Positions 1 through 8,503 of a DNA stretch of 30,418 bases are shown here, one piece after another; the first letter of the stretch is position 1, and each line of letters begins with the position of its first letter. The translations under genes and the position numbers were made by a program. Source of the DNA: Candidatus Sericytochromatia bacterium (GTDB lineage: Bacteria > Cyanobacteriota > Sericytochromatia > S15B-MN24 > UBA4093). Under the pieces are notes generated by a model. The model was not told the origin of the DNA. It saw nothing but the letters and a program-made list of their open reading frames with translations, and did no database searches. The stretch lies in assembly GCA_036676985.1 (NCBI GenBank), contig JAKFBU010000078.1, forward strand, positions 1 to 30,418, written 5' to 3'.

Positions 1-146
1 CCTGTGGGCAGGTGAACCAAATCCTTGGCTCGCAAGTTACTCTCAACGAGTTCTCTTGCTTGCCTAATCTCTTAGACAAGCCGCACTTGCTACTGGCTCT
101 CACTATCTAGTTGTCAAGGTCCGGTTAAGTTCCGTCTCACGACAGG
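1..146 (-). other. Probable rRNA operon 5' leader containing a boxA antiterminator (GGACCTTGACAACTAGATAG, 103-122); the 16S gene is expected just outside the window
   Basis: Lower-GC non-coding sequence directly downstream of two strong tandem promoters; the motif ACCTTGACAACT resembles rrn boxA. The 16S gene itself is not visible. Confidence 0.7.
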
Positions 147-152
147 TTAACC

Positions 153-181
153 ATCATACCGGGGTGACTTGCCCTTGTCAA
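153..181 (-). promoter_or_regulatory. sigma70 promoter (rrn P2-like)
   Basis: Minus strand reads TTGACA (176-181) - 17 nt - TATGAT (153-158). Confidence 0.85.
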
Positions 182-247
182 GGGGTTTGTCTCGGTTGTT
201 TTGCGCGGCGCAAACCGCGCAACCGTCCGGTGCGGAACGTGAGAATC

Positions 248-276
248 ATATTAGCTCCGGGCGGGGGAAGTGTCAA
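248..276 (-). promoter_or_regulatory. sigma70 promoter (rrn P1-like)
   Basis: Minus strand reads TTGACA (271-276) - 17 nt - TAATAT (248-253), about 95 bp upstream of the other promoter. Confidence 0.75.
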
Positions 277-561
277 CACAAGGATAACATTCCCTTAATT
301 AAGGCTCCTTCCGCTCGCCGTGCGGCCGGAGCGGAGGTCCGGCCTCCCTGAGGCCGAGATCCGCTCCGGTAAAGGATTGTAACTCCAGCCGGGTATGGAG
401 GTGTCCGAGGCCCGGAAGATCGGGTTCGGAAAATCACGCGATCTCTATTGCGAAGAAACGTAAAGCTTGATAGATTGTTACTTAACGTTATGTCATCAAG
501 CATGCGTTACAAGCTTTATCGCCCACGCTTACGACGTTTCACTTCGCTGAGAGGGACCACG

Positions 562-891
562 ATGATCCTCAACAACCCGCAGATGAGCGCGCTGATCATC
601 CCGTTCACAGGGCACCTCGACCTGGATGAGATGAGCCGCCTCAAGGCTCGCGTCGAAGAAGCCGGCAGCCGACGGCTGGTTGCGGTCATCGATTGCACGG
701 CCATCGACCGCTTTTCGGACGAGGCGCTCGACGACCTGCTTGCCCTGCGCCGTTACGTCGAGCGCCAGGGCATCGGCAAGATCATGGTGGCCGTTCGCCA
801 GTCCACCGGTTTCGGCGGGTCCATCACGCGGCTCATTCCCGCCAGCCTGCGGATTCTCCTGGTCCAGCTGCCGCGCTTCATCGCGGCCTGA
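562..891 (+). CDS. STAS-domain (anti-sigma-factor antagonist-like) protein, 109 aa
   Basis: GAGGG RBS before ATG 562; pattern IIPFTGHLDL...VAVIDCTAIDRFSDEALDDLL..RRYVERQG matches the SpoIIAA/RsbV STAS layout. Confidence 0.7.
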   Translation: MILNNPQMSALIIPFTGHLDLDEMSRLKARVEEAGSRRLVAVIDCTAIDRFSDEALDDLLALRRYVERQGIGKIMVAVRQSTGFGGSITRLIPASLRILLVQLPRFIAA

Positions 892-899
892 CCTCTCCG

Positions 900-944
900 C
901 ATGAGGAAGGGGGCGGTGCCGTCGGCACCGCCCCCTTCCTCATG
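900..944. terminator. Perfect 21-bp hairpin between convergent genes; likely bidirectional terminator
   Basis: CATGAGGAAGGGGGCGGTGCC-gtc-GGCACCGCCCCCTTCCTCATG; no clear U tract. Confidence 0.7.
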
Positions 945-956
945 AATAGGCGTCGA

Positions 957-1880
957 TCAGGGAGCCAGACGCGGCTCCGTGAGGGGCTGGATGGCCATGG
1001 CCGCGTGCAGGGAGGCGATCGCCACCTCGATCTGCTCGCGGCTCGCCGGCCGCGTCGTCACCCGCTGCAGCCACTGGCCCGGCAGCGTCACCCAGAGGGC
1101 GATCCGGGCACCGATGCCGGCCTTGGCCTGGGTCGTGGCCCGTCCGGCGAGCCGGATCAGCTCGAAGGCGATCCCCGCCACGAAGGGCAGGAGCGCGAGC
1201 TGCGCCGCCACGCGCTGGACGATGTTCAGCTGCGTGCCCAGGAACGAGAACACCAGGATCTGGATGAGCAGGGTGATGAGCAGGAAGCTCGTGCCGCAGC
1301 GCGCATGGATCGGAGAGAAGCGAAGGGCGTTGTCCGGAGTGAGCTCCTGGCCGGACTCGACGCAGTTGATCACCTGGTGCTCGGCGCCATGGTACTGGAA
1401 GAGCCGTTTCACCTCCGGCATGAACGAGATGCCCACCAGGTAGGCGATGAAGAGGGTCATGCGGATCACGCCCTCGATGGCGCTCAGGACGAGCGCGTTG
1501 GCGATCAAGGGCTTGAGGGCGAAGAAGGCCATCGCCGGCAGGAACTTGAAGACGGCGATGAGGATCACTACCCCGATGACCAGCGAGAGCCAGCCGCCGC
1601 CCTGCTCCTTGTCGGCGTCCTCGCCGGAGGCGATCGCCGCCGAGTAGTTGAGCATGCGCATGCCGAGGCTCATGGACTCGACCAGGGCCGCGACGCCGCG
1701 CAGCAGGGGCAGCTTCAGGGCGGGGTAGCGCTCGCGCATGCTGACGAGCGGCTCCTGCTTGATGTGGATCCCGCCTTCCGGCGTGCGCAGGGCCAGACCC
1801 ACTCCATGCTTGCCGCGCATCATGACCCCCTCGATGACCGCCTGGCCACCGATGGGATCGACTTTCAAGACCTCGCTCAA
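957..1880 (-). CDS. DUF1385 (YqhQ-like) membrane protein, putative metal-dependent enzyme
   Basis: Motifs IGGQAVIEGVMMR, FQYHGAEH and H.RCGTSF; several TM segments; start overlaps the rodZ stop. Confidence 0.9.
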   Translation of the reverse strand: MSEVLKVDPIGGQAVIEGVMMRGKHGVGLALRTPEGGIHIKQEPLVSMRERYPALKLPLLRGVAALVESMSLGMRMLNYSAAIASGEDADKEQGGGWLSLVIGVVILIAVFKFLPAMAFFALKPLIANALVLSAIEGVIRMTLFIAYLVGISFMPEVKRLFQYHGAEHQVINCVESGQELTPDNALRFSPIHARCGTSFLLITLLIQILVFSFLGTQLNIVQRVAAQLALLPFVAGIAFELIRLAGRATTQAKAGIGARIALWVTLPGQWLQRVTTRPASREQIEVAIASLHAAMAIQPLTEPRLAP

Positions 1881-2848
1881 CGTGCCTCCAGCGTGAAGAC
1901 GCGTCGGACCACCTGGTTCTTGCCGCCCAGGGCTCCGAACTGCTGATCGCCCGCGGTCACCTCGACCGCGGCGCCGTTTCCGATGGTGACGGACAGACCG
2001 TCACCGATGGGCCACTGCACCGACTGTCCGGTGGTCATGGTGTTCTCGTAGATCGTGCGGCCGCCGCGCGCGACCCGCACCCAGGACTCTCCGGTCGCAT
2101 GGAGTCTTAAGACCGTGCTCTGTTCCGAATTGTTCCCGGTCGGCGCGGGGGGCGGCGTGGTCGGAGCCGCCGCCGGAGCCACGGTCGCAGCGGGCGCCGC
2201 CGTGGGCCGTGCCGTCGGACGGGCCGTGGGACGCGGCGTCGGTCTCACGGTGGGACGCGGCGTCGGCGCAGGACGGACGGTCGGGGCCGGCGTCGCCGCG
2301 GGGCGAACGGTGGGCGTCGGGGCCGGGGTCAGGGCGGGAGCGGGCGTGACAAAGCCCACCGCACCGGTCGCGACCATGGACCCCGTGGCCATGGAGCCGG
2401 TGGCGACGGGCACCGGGATGGACGGCGAAGCCGGCGTCGGCAATGGCGTCGGGGCGGCCGTCGCGGAGGGGGAGGCCGCCGGCTCGGGCGGCTTGGTGCT
2501 GTAGTACCAGGCCACCGCGATGAGGCCGAACAGCGCCAGACCGAACAAGAGGGTGTAGGCCCACCAGGGCACGTTGAACTCGCGGGTCTGCGGCGGAGCG
2601 GGCGGCAGGGGCCGGGTCTCCCAGTAGCGGTTGGCGAGCTCGTCCGCGGGCAGGCCGACCGCCTGGGCGTACTTGCGAATGAAGCTCTTGACGTAGATGG
2701 GCTCGGGCAGGCGCGACTCGTCGCCCTCCTCGAGGGCCTGAAGGTGGTTGAGCTTCAGGTGAGTCTCGGTCGCGATGTCCGCGAGCGAGCGCTTCCGGCT
2801 CTCCCGGGCCTCTTTGAGTTCCTGGCCTATTTCGGCGAGACGGGTCAT
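1877..2848 (-). CDS. rodZ: RodZ-like cytoskeletal protein (HTH_25, one TM helix, Pro/Thr linker, DUF4115)
   Basis: IGQELKEARE...LQALEEGDESRLPEPIYVKSFIRKYA; TM segment; C-terminal SWVRV...IGNGAAVEV...LG. Confidence 0.85.
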   Translation of the reverse strand: MTRLAEIGQELKEARESRKRSLADIATETHLKLNHLQALEEGDESRLPEPIYVKSFIRKYAQAVGLPADELANRYWETRPLPPAPPQTREFNVPWWAYTLLFGLALFGLIAVAWYYSTKPPEPAASPSATAAPTPLPTPASPSIPVPVATGSMATGSMVATGAVGFVTPAPALTPAPTPTVRPAATPAPTVRPAPTPRPTVRPTPRPTARPTARPTAAPAATVAPAAAPTTPPPAPTGNNSEQSTVLRLHATGESWVRVARGGRTIYENTMTTGQSVQWPIGDGLSVTIGNGAAVEVTAGDQQFGALGGKNQVVRRVFTLEAR

Positions 2849-3585
2849 GATCCGGCCTCCTCGTGACGGCTTTGCTGTTTCAAGGCGACGATTTCTTGGT
2901 CAGTGAGGGGACGGATGTCCCCGGGCTTGAGGCCCTCGAGGGAGATGGGCCCGACGGAAAGGCGCTTGAGCTTGGCGACAGGATGCCCCACCGCGGCGAA
3001 CATGCGCCGCACCTGACGGTTGCGGCCCTCGTGCAGCGTGATCCGGACCCGGCTTTCCGGGCCCGAGGCCCCCAGGGAGACCACCTGAGCGGGCGAGGTC
3101 CAGCCGTCCTCGAGCCGGACGCCCTCGCGGAGGCGCTGCAGGATGCGCTCGCTCGGATGACCCTGCACCCAGGCCTCGTAGGTCTTGGGGACCCCGTAGC
3201 GCGGGTGGGTCAGGGCGAGCGTGAAGTCCCCATCGTTGGTCATCAGCAGCAGCCCGCTCGTGTCGTAGTCCAGGCGGCCCACCGGATGCAGGCCCGGCAC
3301 CTCCGGAGCGAGCGTCATGACCGTGCGCCGGTTGCGCGGGTCGCTCTTGGAGGTGATGTAGCCCGTCGGCTTGTAGAGCGCGAAGTACGCCTTCTCCTCG
3401 ACGTGCGCCAGGGGCTTGCCGTCGACCCGGATCTCGTCGGTCGACGGGTCGGCCTTGGCGCCAAGCTCCGTGACGACCTGGCCGTTGACGGACACCCGCC
3501 CCGCCTGGATCAGCTCTTCACTGGCGCGGCGGGACGCCACCCCCGCGCTAGCGAGGATTTTCTGCAAGCGCTGGGCTGTGGACAT
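2845..3585 (-). CDS. rluB: 23S rRNA pseudouridine synthase, RluB/RsuA family
   Basis: S4 domain RLQKILASAGVASRR, catalytic GRLDYDTSGLL, EGRNRQVRRM; start taken at MSTAQRLQK (3585). Confidence 0.9.
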   Translation of the reverse strand: MSTAQRLQKILASAGVASRRASEELIQAGRVSVNGQVVTELGAKADPSTDEIRVDGKPLAHVEEKAYFALYKPTGYITSKSDPRNRRTVMTLAPEVPGLHPVGRLDYDTSGLLLMTNDGDFTLALTHPRYGVPKTYEAWVQGHPSERILQRLREGVRLEDGWTSPAQVVSLGASGPESRVRITLHEGRNRQVRRMFAAVGHPVAKLKRLSVGPISLEGLKPGDIRPLTDQEIVALKQQSRHEEAGS

Positions 3586-4567
3586 TGAGGTGCATGGCCT
3601 CGCGGACTTCGGCGAGGGTCTCACGGGCGACAGCGCGGGCCTTGCGGTTGCCCTCGGCGATGATCTCGTCGAGGAGAGCGGGCTGGCTCGCGAAGTGGGC
3701 GCGGCGTTCGCGGATGGGCGCGAGCACCCCGTCGAGGACCTCGGCGAGCCGGCGCTTGTCTTGGACGCAGCCGATCGTGGCCGAGCGGCACTCTTCGGCC
3801 ACCTGGGGGGCGAGGTGCTGGGCGAGGACCTGGTAGTAGGCGTAGACCGTGCAGATCTCGGGGTAGCCGGGATCGTTGCGGCGCTGCCGACCAGGGTCCG
3901 TGACCATGGTCATGACCTTCTGCTGGACGACCTCGGCGGGATCCGCGAGCTTGATGTCGTTGCCGTAGCTCTTGCTCATCTTGCGGCCGTCGGTGCCGGG
4001 CAGTGCGGCGGCCTCGGTCAGGAGGCCCTGCGACTCGGGGAAGAGCTCCACTCCGAACATGTGGTTGAAGCGGCGCGCAATGTCGCGGGTAATCTCGATG
4101 TGCGGCAGCTGGTCCTTGCCGACGGGCACCAGGGAGCCCTTGAAGGTGAGGATGTCGGCCGACTGCAGCATCGGATAGGCCAAAAGACCCATGCTGATGG
4201 TGTCCTCGCCGATCTGGAGCTCCGAGGCCTGCTCCTTGACCGTCGGGTTGCGCTGGCACCAGTTGACCGGGGTGATCATGGAGAAGAGGAGGTTCAGCTC
4301 GGCGATCTCGGGGATGGCCGACTGGACGTACATGGTGCTCTGCTCGGGATCGATGCCCGCAGCCAGCCAGTCCAAGAGGACCTCGCGGGTGTTGGCGCGC
4401 AGATCGTCGCGCTCCGCCTGGGTGGTGAGGGCATGCCAGTCGGCGACCATGAAGAAGCAGTCGTAATCGTGCTGGAGGCGCTCCCAGTTGACCAGCACCC
4501 CGAGCCAGTGGCCCAGGTGTAGCTGGCCCGTGGGGCGCATACCGCTCATGATTCGTTTCTTAGCCAC
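3548..4567 (-). CDS. trpS: Tryptophan--tRNA ligase
   Basis: SGMRPTGQLHLGH (HIGH motif), YPMLQSADIL, VPVGKDQLPH, KMSKS. Confidence 0.97.
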   Translation of the reverse strand: MAKKRIMSGMRPTGQLHLGHWLGVLVNWERLQHDYDCFFMVADWHALTTQAERDDLRANTREVLLDWLAAGIDPEQSTMYVQSAIPEIAELNLLFSMITPVNWCQRNPTVKEQASELQIGEDTISMGLLAYPMLQSADILTFKGSLVPVGKDQLPHIEITRDIARRFNHMFGVELFPESQGLLTEAAALPGTDGRKMSKSYGNDIKLADPAEVVQQKVMTMVTDPGRQRRNDPGYPEICTVYAYYQVLAQHLAPQVAEECRSATIGCVQDKRRLAEVLDGVLAPIRERRAHFASQPALLDEIIAEGNRKARAVARETLAEVREAMHLNVHSPALAENPR

Positions 4568-4606
4568 GATGTCCCGATTGCCTCCGCTGGATGAAAATGA
4601 CCCCTC

Positions 4607-4615
4607 ATTGTATCA
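4607..4615 (-). promoter_or_regulatory. Extended -10 promoter for the trpS operon
   Basis: Minus strand TGaTACAAT about 40 nt upstream of the trpS start. Confidence 0.55.
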
Positions 4616-4759
4616 CACGGTCGTCCGGGGCCCGCGGCACGATTGGCGCGCCCTCCCGCGTTGCCAGGTCTCGATTCGCCGGCGCCGGGGCGCCCGATTG
4701 ACAAACAGGCGCAAGACGACGATATTATTAGAGTTTGCGGCCATTTGGGGGATCCAGAC

Positions 4760-5791
4760 GTGTCCAAAACTCCCACCCTGCGAGTCACGCGCCGTGCGGC
4801 CGGGCTGATCGGTGCCGGCCTTCTGGTTGCCCTGACCGGTTGCAACCTCTTGCCCTTCGTCTCCAACGAGGAGCGGATCCAGATCAGCTACATCCGGTCC
4901 TTCAAGAAGGGCCTTTCGCCGACGGACAACAAGCCGCTCGGCATCTTGCTGCGCGAAGTGGGCAAGTTGGCGGGCTACAACCTTCCCACCAAGTACGGAG
5001 TGGATCTGGCCCCCTATCTGGGACCGCTGCCCTATTTCGAGCCGCTCACCCCGACGGTGCAGTCCCGGCCGATCAGCAACTCCCAGGGGGAGCTGACCCA
5101 GGTGGCGGATCAGGGCGGACAACTCCTCGTCAGCTTCGTGACGACCCCCGGTTCGGGCGGCTCCCAGCAGTCGTACACCTACACCGCGACCATCGAGCGG
5201 ACGCCGACCGGAACGACCGGCAAGTATGCGGTCCAGACGACGGGGTCGAACTGGAACGCGCCGGCCGGCGGAGGCGGGACCAACACGCTGGGGCTGGGGC
5301 GTGCGCCCCAGGTGCTCTCCTCGACGGCGTTCCAGGGACAGCTCGCCCTGCCGCAAAGTGCCGGACAGGCCAGCCTCCGGGTGGATCTGGGCTTCGAGCA
5401 GGGTGGCGGGACGACTCCGGTGCCGCGCACGGCGAGCGTCAACCTCGTGCTCTTGAACAACCTGACGGCCAACCTCTCGGGCTCCTACGGCAGCATGCAG
5501 GCCGCCCGCCTGAACGGGATCGTCGCGGTCAAGGGCGACAAGGCGGCCGAGAACTACCAGGCCGACATCACCGCGAGCGCCGGAAACATCCAGGCCATCC
5601 TGATCAGCGAGCAGCGCGGCTTGCGCATCGAGCTGAACTACGAGGACGGCGTCCTCTCGGGCGTTGCCAAGGCCACGGACGGTCGACAGGCGGAACTGGC
5701 CAAGTTCGTCCAGGAAGCGGGCAAGTCCCCGGAAGTCCACTATGCGGATGGCACCAAGGAGACCTGGAACTTCACCATTCCCTCGAGCTAG
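4760..5791 (+). CDS. Hypothetical lipoprotein, predicted beta-rich
   Basis: GTG start after GGGGG; basic N-region, hydrophobic stretch and lipobox LTG-C; high GC3 coding frame. TTGACA at 4698 upstream. Confidence 0.75.
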   Translation: MSKTPTLRVTRRAAGLIGAGLLVALTGCNLLPFVSNEERIQISYIRSFKKGLSPTDNKPLGILLREVGKLAGYNLPTKYGVDLAPYLGPLPYFEPLTPTVQSRPISNSQGELTQVADQGGQLLVSFVTTPGSGGSQQSYTYTATIERTPTGTTGKYAVQTTGSNWNAPAGGGGTNTLGLGRAPQVLSSTAFQGQLALPQSAGQASLRVDLGFEQGGGTTPVPRTASVNLVLLNNLTANLSGSYGSMQAARLNGIVAVKGDKAAENYQADITASAGNIQAILISEQRGLRIELNYEDGVLSGVAKATDGRQAELAKFVQEAGKSPEVHYADGTKETWNFTIPSS

Positions 5792-5804
5792 CGCTCACGT
5801 CCCC

Positions 5805-5845
5805 AAAAACGCCGCGACGGCCGCCGAGAGGCGGCCGTCGTCGTG
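5805..5845. terminator. Hairpin between convergent genes
   Basis: CGACGGCCGCC-gaga-GGCGGCCGTCG with an A-run on the left (U tract for the minus strand). Confidence 0.65.
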
Positions 5846-5860
5846 TCGGGCGCTGGGCGG

Positions 5861-7033
5861 TCAATTCTGGATGGTCACCTTGACCGGCTTGGAGGCGACC
5901 TTGCGGCCGTTCACGTCGAAGGCGACCACCTGCACCGTGACCGGGCCGTTCGGGTTGCCCGAGGTGTCCCACTCGAAGCGGTAGGGGGCCTGGTTGGAGA
6001 GGCCCTGCCACTGGCCGTTGACGAGCAACTCCACGTGGTCGAGCATGCCCTCGCCGCCCATCCGGGCGTTGACGACGGCGACCCCGCGAACGCGCTGGCC
6101 GGAGCGCAGGCCGCCCAGGGCCACGGTCATGGGCTTGGGGGCAGGAGGCGGGGCCACGCGCTTGGGTCGGGGAGGGGCGATCGCCCGCTGCGGCTCCTGG
6201 GCCGTCACCACCGTCTCCGCCTCGCCTTCCTCGGAGGACCAGGCGCTGAGCTGGGCCCAGAGCTTCTTTGACTGCTCCGACTGGGCCTTGAGGCGCGCCG
6301 CCTTCTGAGGGTCCTGGGCGAGAGCCATGAGCTGCTTGGCGGCCATCTGGCTGTTGCTGTCGATGGCCTGGCCGCTCTCGATCTTGGCCATGAGGGCCTC
6401 GGTCTCGGCGACCTCGGCGTCGGTGACTTCTCCCGACTCCAGGCGTGACACGAGGGCCTCGTAGTTGCCCTGGGCGCCGCCGCCCGCCTGATCCGGCAGG
6501 GGCGCTGTCGCCTTGTGGTGCAGCTTGACGCCGTTGGCGGCGAACTCCTTGAACTTGACGTAGTCGAAGTAGATGAGGCCGCCGATGCCGGCGAGGATGA
6601 CGCCGGCGATCGCCCAGCGCGTCACGGTGCGCTTCCGGTCCTTGCGGAACTTCTGGGCGACCGAGAGCTCCTTCTGCTTGCGGCGCTTCTTGGCGACCGC
6701 TGGTTCGGCGAGTTCGGGGCGGGGCAGGGCCTCGCGCGCCGCGTTCTCCTTGCGGGTGCAGGTTACGCACAGGCCGCCGAACTTCATGCAGGCGGGGCAG
6801 TGCGGCTTGCCGCAATCCTGGCACGTCTTGAGGCCCTTGAGGACCTGCGGGTGGAGGGCGCAGGCGCGGACCTCGGTCGCCTCCTGGGGCGCACGGCTCG
6901 GATCGACCAGTCGCGCCTTGTTGCAAAGCTTGCACTGCGTGCCCGGCTTTCCGCAGGACTCGCAGAGGAAGAGTCGGCACTGGGGGCAGTAGGTCTTGGC
7001 GCCTTTGTGGGCGTGAAAGCGGCAGACTAGCAT
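5861..7033 (-). CDS. Membrane protein with two B-box-like zinc-finger clusters, one TM helix and a C-terminal bacterial Ig-like (Big_7-type) domain
   Basis: CRFH..CPQC..CESC..CKLC and CALH..CQDC..CPAC..CVTC; TM WAIAGVILAGIGGLIYF; C-terminal VELLVNG..APYRFEWDT..NG....V.AFD..G. Start uncertain (7033, 7042 or 7069). Confidence 0.75.
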   Translation of the reverse strand: MLVCRFHAHKGAKTYCPQCRLFLCESCGKPGTQCKLCNKARLVDPSRAPQEATEVRACALHPQVLKGLKTCQDCGKPHCPACMKFGGLCVTCTRKENAAREALPRPELAEPAVAKKRRKQKELSVAQKFRKDRKRTVTRWAIAGVILAGIGGLIYFDYVKFKEFAANGVKLHHKATAPLPDQAGGGAQGNYEALVSRLESGEVTDAEVAETEALMAKIESGQAIDSNSQMAAKQLMALAQDPQKAARLKAQSEQSKKLWAQLSAWSSEEGEAETVVTAQEPQRAIAPPRPKRVAPPPAPKPMTVALGGLRSGQRVRGVAVVNARMGGEGMLDHVELLVNGQWQGLSNQAPYRFEWDTSGNPNGPVTVQVVAFDVNGRKVASKPVKVTIQN

Positions 7034-7120
7034 CGGATTCACTGTACCATGCACCACCCTTGATTCCAAGACACCTGAACATTAGCTGTCATGAGGGCAT
7101 GCGCCAGCCCTCCGACGGCC

Positions 7121-7149
7121 TTTACTTCGCCGTAGCAGGGCCGTATAAT
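7121..7149 (+). promoter_or_regulatory. sigma70 promoter for def-udk
   Basis: TTTACT - 17 nt - TATAAT. Confidence 0.75.
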
Positions 7150-7247
7150 GGCTCTAATAAGGGGTTTTCGCCCTCTTCGCGGCCAATCGGGGCATGCGGA
7201 CGGAGGCGCCCCTACGAGGCCCGCGTTCGAGGAGAAGGGGTGGCACG

Positions 7248-7790
7248 ATGGCTGCAATGGCTCTCACCTACATGGGGAACCCCGTGCTGCGCGAAGTAGC
7301 GGAGCCGGTTCGCAAGGTCAACGCCGAGATCAAGAAGCTGATCGCCGAGATGTTCGAGACGATGTCCCTCGAGAACGGCATCGGCCTCGCGGCGCCCCAG
7401 GTGGGCGTCAACAAGCGCGTCGTCGTGCTGGACCTGAGCCACGAGGGCATCAAGCCCTTCGCGCTCATCAACCCCGAGATCATCAAGGGTTCGGGCGCGG
7501 AGTCGGACAACGAGGGCTGCCTGAGCATCCCCGGCGTCTACCTGCCGGTCACTCGCTACACCAAGATCAAGGTCAAGGCGCGCGACGCCAATGACCGTCA
7601 GACCGTCTTCGAGGCCACGGGCCTGTTGGCGCGCGCCATCCAGCACGAGATCGATCACCTGGACGGGGCGCTGTTCGTGGACAAGGTCGAGGACCAGGAA
7701 GCGCTCGAGAAGGAGATGGTCGAGTACCAGACCCGGATGGGCGGAAAGATCGTCGGCGAGGCCAAGACCGCCGAGGCGGTACTCAAGTAG
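7248..7790 (+). CDS. def: Peptide deformylase
   Basis: Signature motifs GIGLAAPQ, EGCLS and HEIDH; purine-rich RBS before ATG 7248. Confidence 0.96.
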   Translation: MAAMALTYMGNPVLREVAEPVRKVNAEIKKLIAEMFETMSLENGIGLAAPQVGVNKRVVVLDLSHEGIKPFALINPEIIKGSGAESDNEGCLSIPGVYLPVTRYTKIKVKARDANDRQTVFEATGLLARAIQHEIDHLDGALFVDKVEDQEALEKEMVEYQTRMGGKIVGEAKTAEAVLK

Positions 7791-7791
7791 T

Positions 7792-8436
7792 ATGCGAAAG
7801 CCTCTGACTATCGGCGTTGCGGGCGGCACCGGCTCGGGCAAATCGACCGTCGCGCGCAACATCCTGGAGCTCGCGGGTGCGGACCAGGTGGCCTACCTGT
7901 GCCACGACAGCTATTACTTCGACCACAGCGATCTCAACGCCGAGGAGCGGGCCAAGGTCAACTACGACCATCCCGATTCGCTCGACAACGCCCTCTTTTC
8001 GGAGCACATCCGCATGCTCCAGAAGGGCTTCCCGGTCGAGACGCCGACCTACAACTTCAGCACCCACGCCCGGTCGGACCAGACGCGGACGATCATGCCG
8101 CGCCGGGTAATCCTGGTCGAGGGCATCCTGATCTTCGCGAGCCCCGAGATCCGCCGGCTCCTGGACATCCGGGTCTTCGTGGACACCGATCCCGACATTC
8201 GCTTCATCCGCCGGCTCAGCCGCGACATCCACGATCGCGGCCGCTCTCCCCAGTCGGTCATCGACCAGTATCTGGCGACGGTGCGCCCCATGCACATGGA
8301 GTTCGTGGAGCCGAGCAAGAAGTACGCCAACATCGTCGTGCCCGAGGGCGGCATGAACGAGGTGGCCATCGACATCCTCAACACCAAGATCCAGTCGGTG
8401 TTGAGCAAGGCGACCGGCCAGCTGAGCCTGACCTAG
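7792..8436 (+). CDS. udk: Uridine kinase
   Basis: IGVAGGTGSGKST P-loop, NYDHPDS, VILVEGIL, RRLSRDI..RGR, VRPMH.EFVEPSK. Confidence 0.95.
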   Translation: MRKPLTIGVAGGTGSGKSTVARNILELAGADQVAYLCHDSYYFDHSDLNAEERAKVNYDHPDSLDNALFSEHIRMLQKGFPVETPTYNFSTHARSDQTRTIMPRRVILVEGILIFASPEIRRLLDIRVFVDTDPDIRFIRRLSRDIHDRGRSPQSVIDQYLATVRPMHMEFVEPSKKYANIVVPEGGMNEVAIDILNTKIQSVLSKATGQLSLT

Positions 8437-8447
8437 ACTGTAAGCGC

Positions 8448-8480
8448 TTTTCCCCCGTGCCTGGCACGGGGGATTTTTGT
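8448..8480 (+). terminator. Intrinsic terminator after udk
   Basis: TCCCCCGTGC-ctg-GCACGGGGGA followed by TTTTTGTT. Confidence 0.85.
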
Positions 8481-8503
8481 TGCGTGCCGCTTGCGGGTTG
8501 CGA

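Noticed and set aside
238-256. Fur-like TGAGAATCAT near the rrn P1 start
   Set aside because: Only one half-site matches; the other half is explained by the -10 element.
2140-2480. Short tandem repeats in rodZ (also 24670-24775 in the CAP gene)
   Set aside because: They encode Pro/Thr/Ala linkers and are not independent repeat elements.
7039-7050. Mini uORF M-V-Q-stop overlapping a GTG start of the B-box gene
   Set aside because: Better explained as an extended -10 element; three codons provide no independent evidence.
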